Part shown: piece after piece, positions 46,392 to 59,430 of the stretch
How positions within the stretch are numbered: position 1 is the first letter of the stretch
How the letters are laid out: the number at the start of each line of letters is the position of its first letter
Origin: Squalus acanthias
Taxonomy: Eukaryota
Assembly (NCBI GenBank): GCA_030390025.1
Contig: CM059431.1
Coordinates: 126,978,001-127,042,000 of the forward strand
Direction of reading: 5' to 3'
Length of the DNA: 64,000 nt
Program-made: the position numbers and the translations under genes
Notes under the pieces: model-generated
The model's database searches: none
What the model was told of the DNA's origin: nothing
The model's input: only the letters and a program-made list of their open reading frames with translations

Positions 46392-48043
46392 TGTAAGGGG
46401 TTTTGTCTTGCTTGTATCACAGACGGTGCTGGTGCGAGGTCAGGCCTTCGTTGCCTAATACTATTGCTTGCTCTGGTCTCCGGCCAGCCTTGTTGCAATA
46501 AGCACCTGTGAGTGGTTCGACCCACTCGCCCTTACGGTTCTAACACTGGACTTAGGTGCGAGAGCAGTAATGCAGAGAAAAACTCAAATAAACCTGGTTG
46601 AATAGTACGAAATGGAAATCTTTATTGCATAGCGTCCAAAATCATGAAGTACATGTCATAGGCGCAAATTAACGAGAGTACAAGTATACATACATTCATA
46701 AAGCTTGGTCTATGGAAATGAAGAACGCACGGCACATCGTAAAAAGGGGTACACATTATACTTTATCCTTAATAAAACCACCCTCCCTTATCAATACCTA
46801 CACTACATCTAGATTTGTAGGATCGGGAAACATGCTCACCACTCGTGATACTTCGGAGAATTTTAAAGTGAGGCACTCGGCTCGTTCGCTGCAGCGCCTG
46901 ACTGTCACGTGTTTGGAGGGGTCTCTGTACCCCACTTGTTTATCTTCGCTGCTGCGACAAGCAGGCCGGGCTCCCCGTTGTCATGAAGAACTCGACAGAC
47001 CTCGGGCCCGGTTGTAGAACTCAAAGAAAAGTCTTCCTGTACTGACACCAGTTGTCGGTAGAATTCAATGAAGAGTCGATGGACCCAAACCGATTCGTGC
47101 AGTAACCCGTAGAATTCAAGAAATGAGTTCTATGTTTTCGGGCACGGTCGGGGTTTACTGACCGCGGCGGCACGTGAATTCTTCTTCTTTTCTTCTCGTC
47201 TCGTCTTGTCTTGTTGGGCCTTCGGGTCCAGACACCGTTTACCGACTCTCGGGATGGTGCACCCGGTCACTTGCCCTTGTCGATGCGGCTCGTTCCGTTT
47301 GAGCTCCACCCAACATTCGAATAACCGTCCAGTGCGGCTACAAGTCAAGAGTCAACAGTGTCCAGCCCTAAGGAAGAGTTTCAGCAAGGGTTCGCCGAGA
47401 GAAAAATAAGAGAGCGATGGACATTTGTTCTCTATAGTTATAGTGCTGTGTCCCCTTATCTCCCGCTCAAATCTTAATGTTTGTCCTTTGTGAAATATTG
47501 GCACACAAAACTCCCAGCATGGGGGCGATTCTTTCCTTAACGGGTTTCGGTAGCACCTGAAACTGGCCAACTACCCGTTAATGTTTTCCCCATAGCCGAA
47601 CCAGCTAGGAGTCTCCCTGACTGGTTTTGGGGCCTCCTCGAATACTGACTTAATCACCCGTGAATGGCTCTCTCATTGTAGAGCCGTGGGGGTATATGTG
47701 TATTGCTGTGTCTGGATGGGCCTTCGATTGCCCAGTACAATGGTCCTTACTTGTGCATGGAAAACGATTCCAGCATCTTTTGCTATTGTTTCGAATGCAA
47801 ACAGGTTGCATCCTGTCTTTATCAATGTTTACCGAGTATGATCCAATTTTATATCGAATGTTTATTCGACGCCATCTTGTCTGCCCACTGTATTTCTGGA
47901 AGCTTCTGCCACGATGCGCGGCGGCCCATTTTACAGGCTTCTGTGTCCTTTATAATCATGACAGCATTTCGTTTAAATAAACTGATCAAACGAATCTGCT
48001 TCTCTCTTGTTATTTTGAATCGCGATAATTGCGAAACTTTACA
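46392..48043 (-). mobile_element. Solo LTR (1652 bp), diverged member of the provirus LTR family
   Basis: TGTA...TACA termini, perfect CGTT TSD (46388-46391 / 48044-48047), collinear blocks with 6576-8209; sits inside a Harbinger remnant (~46325-48570). Confidence 0.92.
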
Positions 48044-50000
48044 CGTTCAAAAAGCGCAGGCAGCATGTCAACTTCGTTCTGCCTGCTAATTATCACGATT
48101 GTATCAAACAACCTAGCGCTGAACACGCTGCTGACAGGGTGAGCGCTCAGCAGGGGGCTGAAGTTCGCATTGGTCGAGCGAGGCTAGCTTTACTTAAAGC
48201 TAGCCTGCTCCTCTTAAAGGCAGTCTGCAGCTCCTAAAGGTGAGCTGCATCCTGTGGATAGAAAATGGTACATGTGCTTCAGCACTAACACAAATAGCTC
48301 AACTGGCCAGGGCACCCAGGGTCTCAGGCACAGCACTCAAGCTTTGTGCAGGGGTCAACACTGGAAGAGAGGTGCTCTACCTACAGGGAGACAGGAGATC
48401 CTCATGAAAGAAGGATGTGGGATCCAGATCATCGAGGCCATCACTGCAAGCAGTGTCGACCCCAGGACTTGGCTCCAGTGCCCAAAGAAGTTTCATGACC
48501 TCAGACAAAAGTCAAGGTCAGTCAATGCATCTTCATAAGCTGTTTCCTACCAAATGCACCACTAGCCTCAAACACATAGGCCGCAATTTTAATTCAGCTG
48601 AGAGGGTGGGTTTGGAGGTGGGTTGGCATCAAAAATTGGAAAAACTGCCGACGGCATGCGAACCCGCCTCCATCCCGCCTCCACGCTATTTTGGAAATGT
48701 GTCGGGTCAGCCACGAACCAAGGCAAAACCACACCAAAGGCACTATAACAATGGAAAGCGTTATTGATGTTGTTGTACGCAATCTAATTCGCACATAAAT
48801 CAAAAGAACCGTATGAAATTAGGAGTCTGTCAGTCAGACAAAATGACATTTTATATTAAGGCAAAATTATCATATCTTTTAAACATCAATGCATATCATT
48901 CTTCTTGCAAACAAAACTGTAGATACCAAACGTTTTTATTATCCTATTATACATTCTCAGCTTATGTGCATCTCTAGCCAGGCCAGCATTTATTACTCTA
49001 GTTGCCTTTGAAAAGGTAATGGTGAGCCTTCTTCTTGAACTGCTGTAGTGCTGTTAGGGAGGGAGTTCCAGTATTTTGACCCAGTGACGATGAAGGAACG
49101 ATGCTGTGGCCGTAGTTTCACGACCGAGGCAATGTGGTCAGGTGCTGAAGCAGCATCAGTTGATTGCGGAGAAGGCTGGTGTTGTTGTTGCTGCTGCTGT
49201 GCCTGGTGATGCTGGTGGTGGGGCTGATCTTGGTGGGATTCTGAGGACCAAGGTGAGATTTTTTCAAGGGCAATGATGCTGATGGAATAGATGGCAGATG
49301 AGGTTGTGATGACAGAAGCGATCTGTCAATGGTGAGAGAGCTTGTCCCAATGAGGTGGCACTGGATAGAGAGTTGGCTCCAAACACTTGAAAGCTGCAGA
49401 AAGCTCAATATGTTTTCTAAATGCAGTAACCAACAGTCTCTGAGCTTTAAAAGTGAATAGCTGTAACATGGGATCTTTTATACAACTTTGGCAGCTGTCA
49501 GGTGATGAGATAATTCAATGCTGAATCCACTCGCGACATGCTGAACTGACGTGTTCACCGAGCAGCGGGTAACCCGTGGGGGAGCACGTAAAATTTAAAT
49601 GTAGGCATAAAATAACACTTAATTGGATGTTAACAATCCATTTAATGATATCAATTGCCTCCCCCGCCGCTTGGTATCGGGTCTGTTCAGCGCCGACAGA
49701 CCCGACACCTGGGAGACTCATGTGGAGGCGGGTTGACAGCGGCTTCCCTACCTGCTGTCAATCTTTTCTACTTTGACAGCGAACCCGCCTCTGAACCCAC
49801 CCTCTGTGCGCCGGCAAAATTCAGCCCTATGTTTCGAAGTCAAAATAATCATGGTGTAGCCTCCCCTCCATTAATATTTGGTTTTGGACTAACCCAATGA
49901 ATCAAGCAAATTGACATTAGGTTGGATTTTTGGCCTAGCTCCATGCTAATTCCTGTAGGGATTCCTATCTTCAAAGCTGCATTCTCCTTTGTCTCATATT

Positions 50001-50709
50001 GGCCCAAAAATTCGGCCCTTCCCGGGTGAGTACACAGTCCGTACTCACCCGTATTGCTTCCCGAAGTGCCGGTTTCCTGCATGCACTGCGCATGTGCGGG
50101 AAACTGGAACTTCCGGTATGGTGAAGGGGGCTGTTCCTAGGTGAACCGCGTGTGCGCTAGAGGCTGCGCGCACGCAGCACACTTAGATTTTTTTTCAGGT
50201 TTCTACGCGAGGGTAAGTATTGAAGATACTACACTAATAAAAAGGAGGCGTAAGACCCATTTTGAACAAGGTTAATTAAGTTTAATTTTAAATTTTTTTC
50301 AACAGGTTTATCTTTTTTAGATACTTTAAAGAAAGGTAAGTTTATTTTTATAACTTTTAAAAAGTATTTTAATTTTTTCAAAAATTTAAATTTTTGTTTA
50401 AAGTGGTTAATTTATTTAACTATCGTTATTTTATAAATGTGACGGTTTTTTTTAAAATTTATTTTAAGTTTAGCTGTTCTTTTGGGGCCGATTTCAATTC
50501 ACAGATTTGACAGGTCTGCTGCCATTGGCTCTCCATGGCACACGTGATCCCAGGGGTCGCATCACACTAACTGCGCCCCTGGAACACGCAAACACTGCGC
50601 GCCGGCTCTTGGGAGAGGCCCAGGACCCGAAGTTCCCGTGGGCCCAAAACACAACGGCAGGCGCGGTAGGTAAGAGCGCGCGCGATCCTTACACGTGAAT
50701 TTCTGGGCC
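50001..50709. mobile_element. Harbinger-type MITE
   Basis: TIR GGCCCA(A/G)AAATTC and ATT TSD. Confidence 0.78.
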
Positions 50710-51536
50710 ATTATAACTGGCAATTTTAGATCAGTTTCAGAGACCCCTTTGTACCTTGCTTGACTGTATTTATCAATGATGTAATTTTTCTCTACTATGC
50801 GTAATTTTTTCTAGTCTTGCACACATATTTGCATTGTCTACATTGTTTGTATACCACTTACATCACTGCTTGACTCTCTTTGAAAAGGACATAATAACAT
50901 TAAATGCTTTTGGCCCAGAAAGTAAATAAATAGTAATAATAATGTTACTATGGAAATTTCTGAGCATGTCAGATGCTATTAAAATATATAGATTTTTTTT
51001 TCAACTGCCCTAAATAGCAATTATTTCCAGGCAAGTGACAAAGATGGGTTCAGTAATTATCAGTAATAGCCGCAAGTAATCCAACAAGTAAAATTGTACG
51101 TTGTAGACTCAAATTTAATAAGTAATTACTGATAATAAATATTTTAATTTTAACTAGTGTTACTATAGTACAACAGGACTGACATGTTGCTATAACAATG
51201 CTGTGCATATACAGAAAAGGAACAACATGAATTACATGTACTTTAAAAGCAAAAAAATAGATTTTGCTGTCAAAATAATGGGGAGGATAATAGCACCTGT
51301 CTTTAAAGGCTAAAATCTTTTGTCAATTCTTGTCCTCAACCAAAAGATTTTCATTTAGCATAACAAATTAAAAATAGATCAGATTTATAATTTGTTCTGT
51401 ATCACCTGTTCCAAAGTGTATGAAAAATTGGAATTGAACACTGTTTTCTGAGGGTCAGGTTAAAACAGTTTTGATGAAACCGATGCAGATGTGTTTCTAT
51501 CTGCTTGGTATGGTGTGCACACTTTATCGCTGTAGG

Positions 51537-52058
51537 ACATTCTGGCCGGCCTCGTATCTTGCACCCTATGTAAACTTGAGCTCATCCAAAACTCTGCTGC
51601 CTGTATCCTAACTTGCACCAAGTCCCGTTCACCCATCACTCCTCTGAGCTCGTTGACCTACATTGGCTCCCCGTCCGGCAATCCCTCGATTTTAAAATTT
51701 CCATCCTTGTTTTCAAATCCATCCATGGCCTAGCTCCTCCCTATTTCTGTAAGTTCCTCCAGCCCTACAACTCTCTACATTCCTCCAATTCTGGCCTCTT
51801 ATGCATCCCCAATTTTAATCGCTCCACCACTGGCGGCCGTGCCTTCAGCTGCCTAGGCCCTAGGCTCTGGAATTCCCTACCTCTCTCTCCTCCTTGCAGT
51901 TGCTCTTAAAACCTACCTCTTTGACCAAGCTTTTGGTCACCTGCCCTAATATTTTCTTATGTGATTCTGCTTGATAACGCTACTGTGAAGTGCCTTGGGA
52001 CGTTTAACTACATTAAAGCCACTATATAAATGCAAGTTGTTGTTGTTGTTGTTGTTGT
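51537..52058 (+). mobile_element. L2-like LINE 3' end
   Basis: LHWLPV...FKI...GRAFSCLGPRLWNSLP C-terminal motif and TATATAAATGCAAGTTG(TTG)n tail. Confidence 0.75.
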
Positions 52059-52289
52059 AGGGATTTAGTCCTCTTACCTAAGCCTAGAGAGCTTAGGCTT
52101 AGGCTGACAGAATCAATCACATGTGCACAGTGGTACTGCTGGAAGTTACGTAACTAAATCTGCACAGCCTATCAGCACAGAGCACTGATAACGTTCCTGC
52201 TGCTTGTTCAACCAGGGCCACACTTAGGGAATTATATAGAATTACATTTAATCTACAGCATAGAAATGTGTACACGAGAACATTCTTGA

Positions 52290-54893
52290 TCAGTATGTGT
52301 CCAGCCCTAGGAGGAAAGAAGTATTTCTACATCTAGTTCTGGGGAATGACATGGGGCAAGTGGAGCATGTTTCAGTGAGGGAGTATGTGGGAAACAGTGA
52401 TCACAATATCATTAAGTTTAGAGTAGTTATGAAAAAGGACAAGGAAAAATCAAATGTGCAAATACTCAACTGAAGAAGGGCTAATTTCAGTGAGTTGAAA
52501 AGGGATCGGGCCCAGATGGATTGGAATAAAATATTGGGAGGTAAAACAGTAAATGAGCAATGGGAGGCCTTCAAAGAGAAGATAGTTTGGGTACAGAATT
52601 GTAAGGGGTTTGGGTGGCTCTGTGCTTAGCCTGGGTGCTAGTGCGGGGTTAAGCCTTGTTGCCTGTTCTGGTCTCCAGCCAGCCTGGTAGCACTAGACAC
52701 CTGTGAGTGGTTCGACCCACTCGCCCTTACGGTTCTGACACTGGACTTAGGTGCGAGAGCAGTAATGCAGAGAAAACTCAGGTAGACCCAGTTGAATAGT
52801 ACGAAATGGAAAATCTTTATTGCATATTGTTCAAGATTACGAAATACATGTCATAAGCACAGATTAATGACAGTACAAGCTTACATACATTTATGCAACT
52901 AGGTTTAGGGAAACGAGGAGCGCACGACACATCGTAAAAGGGGGCACACATTATAATTATCCTTAAAACAAAACCCTCCCCTATTAATACCTGTCCTAAT
53001 CTAGATCTGTAGGATCGAGAACCATGCTCACCACTTGTGATAACTCGGAGAATTCTAAAACGATGCTCGGATGTTTTCGCCACAGCACCTGACTATTCAC
53101 GTGTTGATCAGGGGTCTCTGTACCCCACTTGTTTACTCGCTCTGCTGCTGCAAGCAGGCTGGGCTCCCCGTTGTCATGAAGAACTCGACAGTGCTCGGGC
53201 CCGGCTGTAGAACTCAAAGAAAAGTCTTTCTGGATCGACACCAGTTCGATAAAATTCGAAGAAAAGTCTTCCTGCGTCAGTTCGTGCAGTAACCTGTAGA
53301 GTTCAAAAATGGTCTATATATTTTCGGGCGCGGTCGGGGTTTACTGACCGTGGCGGCACGTGGATTCTTCTTCTTCTCTTCTCATCTCATCTCATCTCCT
53401 CGGGCCTTCGGGTCCAGACACCGTTTATCGACCTTCGGGATGGTGCACCCGATTTCGCAGCGTGCCATGAGGTCGACCCCAAAAGGGATCAGCGGAACAA
53501 ACGAGAGTAACGGTCGTCCGGGAGAATAGCCAAGAGACGATTCCAAGCGAATGAAAAGGATAAGAGAGCGATGGGCGCTTGGACACTACAGTTATAGTAC
53601 TGTAATTCATTATCTCCCGCCCAATCTTAATGTTCATCTTTTGTCATGTTTTGGCGCTCAAATTTCTTGTATGGTGTGGTTCTTGTCGTTAATGGGTTTC
53701 GGTGATACTTGTAACTGTCTAAGTACCCGTTAATATTTCTCCCATTGTGGAACCGGCTAGGAGTCTCCCTGGAGGGGTTTTTGGGGCCTGCGAATTCTTG
53801 TTGTGAGTACCCGCGAACGGCTCTCTCATCGTAGAGCCGCGGGGGATTTGCGTATCAATGTCTTTGGATGGGCCCTTGATTGCCCAGTACAATAGCCCCC
53901 GTTTGTGCATGGAAAAACTCGATTCCAGCACTTATATTTCTTGCTTAGGTGTTAGAAATGCAAAACAATCGCGTCTTGTCTTATATCAATATGCTGAGCA
54001 CTGTCCGATCTTGCTGAAATGTTTATTGAAATGCCATCTTGTCTGCCTACTGAAAAATCTGGAACCTTCTGCCACGAGGCGCGGCGGCCATTTTACAGGC
54101 TTCTTGTGTCCGTTTTTGAACGTGACAGCATTTTGCTGAAATAAAGCTGTTTTTACGAAACTGTATGTCTCTATCTCGTTATTTCGAAATCGCAATAATT
54201 TGCGAATTCTACAGACTAGACACATTCCCATGAGAGGGAAAGGAAGGGCATCCAAAGCTAAAGCCCCCAGGGTGACTACAGATATCGAGATTAAAATGAA
54301 ACAGAAAAAGGAGGCTTTTGATTAATGTCTGGTTCATAATTCAGTAGAGAAACAAGCTGAATATTGAAGAAGGAAATAAGAGGAGCAAAAAGAGTGTATG
54401 AGAATAGAATAGCGGATAACATAAAAGGGAACCCAAAAGTATTTTATAAATAAATAAATAGTAAAAGGGTAGTAAAAGGAAGGGTGGAATTGATTAGGGA
54501 CCAAAGAGGAAATCATCTTGTAGAGGTTGAGGGCATGAGTGAGGTGCTAAATGAGTACTTTGCATCTGTCTTCACTAAAGAAGAGGATGTTGTCAATGTC
54601 ACAGTATAGGAGGAGGTTGTAGAGTAATTGGTTCAGATAAAAATAGATAAAGAGGAGGTATTTAAAGGTTGGCAGAGCTCAAAAAAAAAAGTCACCAAGT
54701 ACGGTGTGATCCTAGGTTGCTGAGGGAAGTAAGTGTGAAAATTGCAGAGGTTCTGGCCACAATCTTCCAATCCTCTTTAGATATGGGAGTAGTGCCAGAG
54801 GACTGGAGGATTTCAAATGTTACACCCCTGTTTAAAAAAGGGAAGAGGGTTAAAACCGCCAGTCAGCCTAACATCGGTGGTGGGGAAACTTTT
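52290..54893 (+). mobile_element. Degenerate CR1 ORF2 fragment split by the solo LTR; continues after the Harbinger at ~58405-58705
   Basis: SDHN, EYFASVF and VPEDWR..NVTPLFKKG remnants; the sequence rejoins across both insertions. Confidence 0.75.
52600..54213 (-). mobile_element. Solo LTR (1614 bp), diverged member of the provirus LTR family
   Basis: Ends TGCGAATTCTACA (reverse complement of the proviral LTR start) and TGTAAGGG; TSD GAAT/GACT with one mismatch. Confidence 0.92.
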
Positions 54894-54894
54894 A

Positions 54895-57800
54895 GGGAAA
54901 TATTCGGTACCTTAGCTCCTCCTGTTAGCGCCAGAAGATGGCGGTAATGGGGTGCTGATGTAATAGCGTAGTGGCGAGGCAAATCCAATGCCGCATGGCA
55001 ATTCAGGCCCCCGTGTCACATTGCTGGCATGAGATACTGCCGGGGACTTCAACGCCAGGCAGATCGTGACGTCAGTGAGTGTGCAACTCTCACTGGCCGC
55101 CCGATTTGCAAAATTGATTGACGCCACCTACCTTTGCATCTCGACCAAACAGCAACAGGGAGAGCTGGCATGAAACAGCCAGAAGCTGCCTCCAGGGATG
55201 TTATTTAAAGGGATCATGAGTAATAAGCTGTAGGTTAGTGGAGTTTCAGTGCTTTCTTGTCAGTTTCACATTGTGCAACAGTTTAATTCAGTAATTTAAA
55301 GGTTATTTTGTATCAGGAGTGTTGTGGGAACTAAAAGTAGCTACATTTATCCTTAAAAAATTCAAACCACTACACTTGGCTTACATTAATGGGGGCTGTA
55401 CTAACAATTAGTTGCATTTATTCTCACAACATATCAAAGTGCTCTACTTGATTACATTAATGGGGGCTGTACTGGCAGTCAACCTCATCCTCCAGGATCT
55501 ACGGCAGAGGGAGCGCAGACAGCGAGAAATATTGCAACATGTGGCCAGAAGGAGGAGGAGGGCCATCAGGGCTCTCAACAGAAGGCCTCACCCTCCGAGG
55601 ATATTCCGAGAGCATTTCTCCTACCTCCAATTAAGCGTGTATTAGAAGGCTCTGTTTCACCAAGGAGGTGGTCACAGAACTCTGCCTATCTCCTGCAACC
55701 AGGCCTCCAGCCTCAGATCAGGCTCTCTCAGTGGCAGTCAAGGTCACCGTTGCCCTCAATTTCTTCGCCAGTGGATCCTTCAAGTCTGCAACAGGAGACA
55801 TAGCTAACATCTCGCAGTTCGTCATCCATCGCTGCATCTGGGAGGTCACAGACGCTCTCTACAGTAGGAGAAAGGACTACATTTCCTTCCCCATCACCAG
55901 AGAGAAGTAGAATGAGCATGCATGTGGCTTTGCCAGTATAGCGGGCTTCCCTATGGTGCAGGGCGCCATTGACTGCACCCACGTGGCTTTGCGGGCACCG
56001 CATAACAATCCTGAGGTCTTCCATAACCGCAAAGGCTACCACTCACTTAATGTCCAGTTGATGCGCGACCACAGACAACGAATCCTCAATGTCAATGCCC
56101 GCTATCCTGGCAGCAGCCACGATGCCTTCTTCTTGTGCCAGATCGGTGTGCCAGCACTCTTCCAGCCACCACGTCAAGCTTGTAGCTGGCTGGTCGGAGA
56201 CAAGATGTATCCACTCTCCACCTGGCTCATGACTCCCCTCCGCAACCCCAACACTCCTGCCCAGCACTCATATAATGAGAGCCATGCCGCAACCAGGTGC
56301 ATCATCAAGCAGACCATCGGGGTGCTCAAGCAACAGTTCCGCTGCCTTGACCGCTCGGGAGGAGCCCTCCAGTACTCGGCTGAGCGGGTGTCCCATTTCG
56401 GGTGATCTGCTGCATGCTCCACAACATGGCCATCATGAGGGCCCAGCCCTTGTCACCAGGGATTGTGGGACCAACTCAGGAAGAGGAAGAGGGAGAAGAG
56501 GTGGAGGAGGAGGATGATGATAAGGAGGAGGAACAGGAGCAAGGGAGGAGGCTGTCACTCAATCGGCCTTCCGGAAGGGCGGTCCGTGACCGCCTCATCA
56601 GACTGCGGTTCCAATAAATTAAGCTCCAGATCCCCGTTTCTCACCACATCCCCATCATTCCATCCCTGTCGCAGGCCATATCACAGCGCAAAGCTGAAAT
56701 GAGACAAAGCACAAAAGAATCCAAACTGAATGAATAAATTTATCAATAATCAGTGAACACATATTTACAACAACAATATGAACTATTCACCCTTGTGCAA
56801 TCCCTTAGTGCCTCTTGTTACTGTGCCTTTGCCTACTCTAGTGCTCCTACGAAGTGTTGGCCCAGTGGCTGCAGCACGGCTGGTGAAAGGCTGCTGAGTG
56901 TCCATGCAGGAGACTTCAGATGGCCTTGTAGGACGCCCTCGACCAGCTCTGGGCCTGGAAGGCTCGGCTGCAGACTGCAGCACCTCAGCATGGGTGGCAG
57001 CAGTCTGGGCTGGCTGGATGACAGGCAGCAACAAGGTTAATGGCAGAGTGGCAGTGGTGGGATCAGGAATGCTGTCATCCTGAGAGAGGACAGCAAGTTC
57101 CTGCTGCACTTACCCACTGCCACTCACCCGGGGCAGCACCTCAGCATCCCTAGTAATCTGTTGGAGCACATTGGTAGACCCAGCAATGATGGCAGCAGTC
57201 AGAACTTGCGTGGCATCAAGCTGGGACTGCATGAGAGCAGTCGGAGATTGGGTGCCACCAAGCATAAACTGCATTACAGCACTAAGACATTCCATCGCTT
57301 CCACCTGTGCTGTAATGGAAGCTGCCAGATCGCCCATCACACGCGGCATCAGGCCTGAGTCATCACGGTCTCGCTGGGAGTCTACCATCCTTTGCAGACT
57401 GGAAATTATGGGCTCCATGGTGTGCGCAGGAGCTTTGTGGAATGTTGAAGGCGGACTCCTCCACGCTCCTTACCATTGCCGAGAGGCTCTCGGGCACCCT
57501 TGCCATTGCAGCTATCATCTCCATGTGCTTGTCCCCCGCCTGTGCGCTCCTGCTCCCTCCTGTTGTGAGCCACCTTGACCTGCAAGAGAAAGGAAAGTGT
57601 GTGAGTGAGTGTGGAGCAATGTGTTTTGGTGATGTGCCTGCCATAGTTGAATAGCTATCATTGTGTGCAAGGTGTGACATGTGAGTATGAGTGTTGGTAG
57701 GTAGAGAATGTTGGTGGGGGTGAGTGCTGGGTGTGTGGTGCTTTGGGTAGTGTGTGAAGACTGTGGCTCAGATGGTGATATGTAGCATTTGTTGAGGTAT

Positions 57801-58404
57801 TGACTCACGCTGAGCACCCAAGTCAGGTCATTAAATTTCTTCCTGCATTGTGTGTGGGTCCTGGGGTCCACAGTGCTGCCCGAGATGTGCTACGCTACCT
57901 CACTCCACATGGTGCGGAAGACTTGCGGCGAGGGCCTCCTGCCACTTGTCGGGTAGAGCATCGCCCTCCGTCTCTCCACAGCGAACACCAATGCCTCCAA
58001 TGCTTGAGCTCTGAATCTGCAGGCTGTTTCCCTGGGGCGTGGATCTGCCATGAGTACAGCTGCTTCAGTCGTACGGCTCCTTCTCCTTGACTTGCTGCTG
58101 CTTGCTGAGGCAGCTGCACAGCCAGCAATGCTGCGAATGAGGTTCTGCAGCATCAAAGAACCTCCCCTTTAACAACTGGTAAAATCCTATGGCAATGATG
58201 GCTTGCAATTAGACTGCACGCAATATTGCTCCACACTTTGCGGGTAACGTCAATGAGCTTGGGCTTTAAGACTTGAATTGTGCTTCAATCATTTCTTTCA
58301 GCACTGAGCATGAATTTTGCATGCAGTCTAAAGCATTAGTGCCTGGAGTTATTCTCCAACTTTTATAATTTTACCGTCCATTCTTGGGCTAATTATTCTA
58401 GTCC
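54895..58404. mobile_element. Degenerate Harbinger transposon (transposase + ~55459-56616; Myb/SANT gene - ~56783-58110)
   Basis: [53 protein letters not shown] on +; RTHTQCRKKFNDL on -; termini approximate. Confidence 0.82.
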
Positions 58405-58791
58405 AAAGAGTCAATAATCTGGAACAAAATTAATTGGCACTTGGAAAAATATGGGTTAATAAATGAAAGCCAGCATGATTTGTTAAAGACAAACCATGGT
58501 TGCCTAACTTGATTGAGTTCTTTGATGAAGTAACGGAGAGGGTTGATGAGGATAGTGCGGTTGATGTTGTGTATATGGAGCATTAAAGGCATTTGATAAA
58601 GTACTACATAATAGACTTGTTAGCAAAATTGATTAAAAGGGCATTGGCTGTGTGGATATTTAATTGGCTAGGGGACAGAAAGCAGAGAATAGTGGTGAAC
58701 GGTGTCAAATTTTTTGTCTTATAATACTTCTGTGAAGCGCCTTTGAACATTTTACTATGTTAAAGGCACTATATAAATACAAGTTGTTGTT

Positions 58792-59430
58792 CATAGAATC
58801 ATAGAAATTTACAGCACAGAAGGAGACCATTTGGCCCATCTTGTCCATGCCAGTCAACAAAGAGCTATCCACCCCAATCCCACTTTCCAGCACTTGGTCC
58901 GTAGCCTTGTAGCAAAGGACCCAATACTGAGCCCTGCGGAACCCCACTGGAAACAGCCTTCCAGTCACAAAACCACCCTTCAACCATTACCCTTTGTTTC
59001 CTGCCTTTGAGCCAATTTTGGATCCAACTTGCCACTTTGCCTTGGATCCCATGGGCTTTTACTTTCGTGACCAGTCTGCCATGCGGGACCTTATCAAAAG
59101 CCATGCTAAAATCTATGTAGACTACATCAAACGCACTACCCTCGTTGTTGTTGTTGGTGGTTGTTTTTCAGACTGGCGGGAAGTGTGCAGTGGGACCACT
59201 TCTCCTTTTGATATATATATATATTAATGACCTGGACTTGGGCACACAGGGCATAATTTCATAGTTTGCAGATGACACGAATCTCAGCAATGTAGTAAAC
59301 AGTGAAGAGGATAGTAATAGACTCCAGGAGGATATAGACAGACTGATGAAATGGGCAGACACATGGCAGGTGAAATTTAATGTAGAGAAGTGTGAAATGA
59401 TTCATTTTGGTCGGAAAAATGAGAAGAGGT
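58792..59430. mobile_element. Small CR1 RT fragments in both orientations
   Basis: AFDKVPHGRL...GVPQGSVLGP on -, and FADD/KWADTWQ remnants on +. Confidence 0.7.

Noticed and set aside
55381..55473. Duplicated TTACATTAATGGGGGCTGTACT at the transposase start
   Set aside because: It is a local tandem duplication in a dead element with no sign of function.
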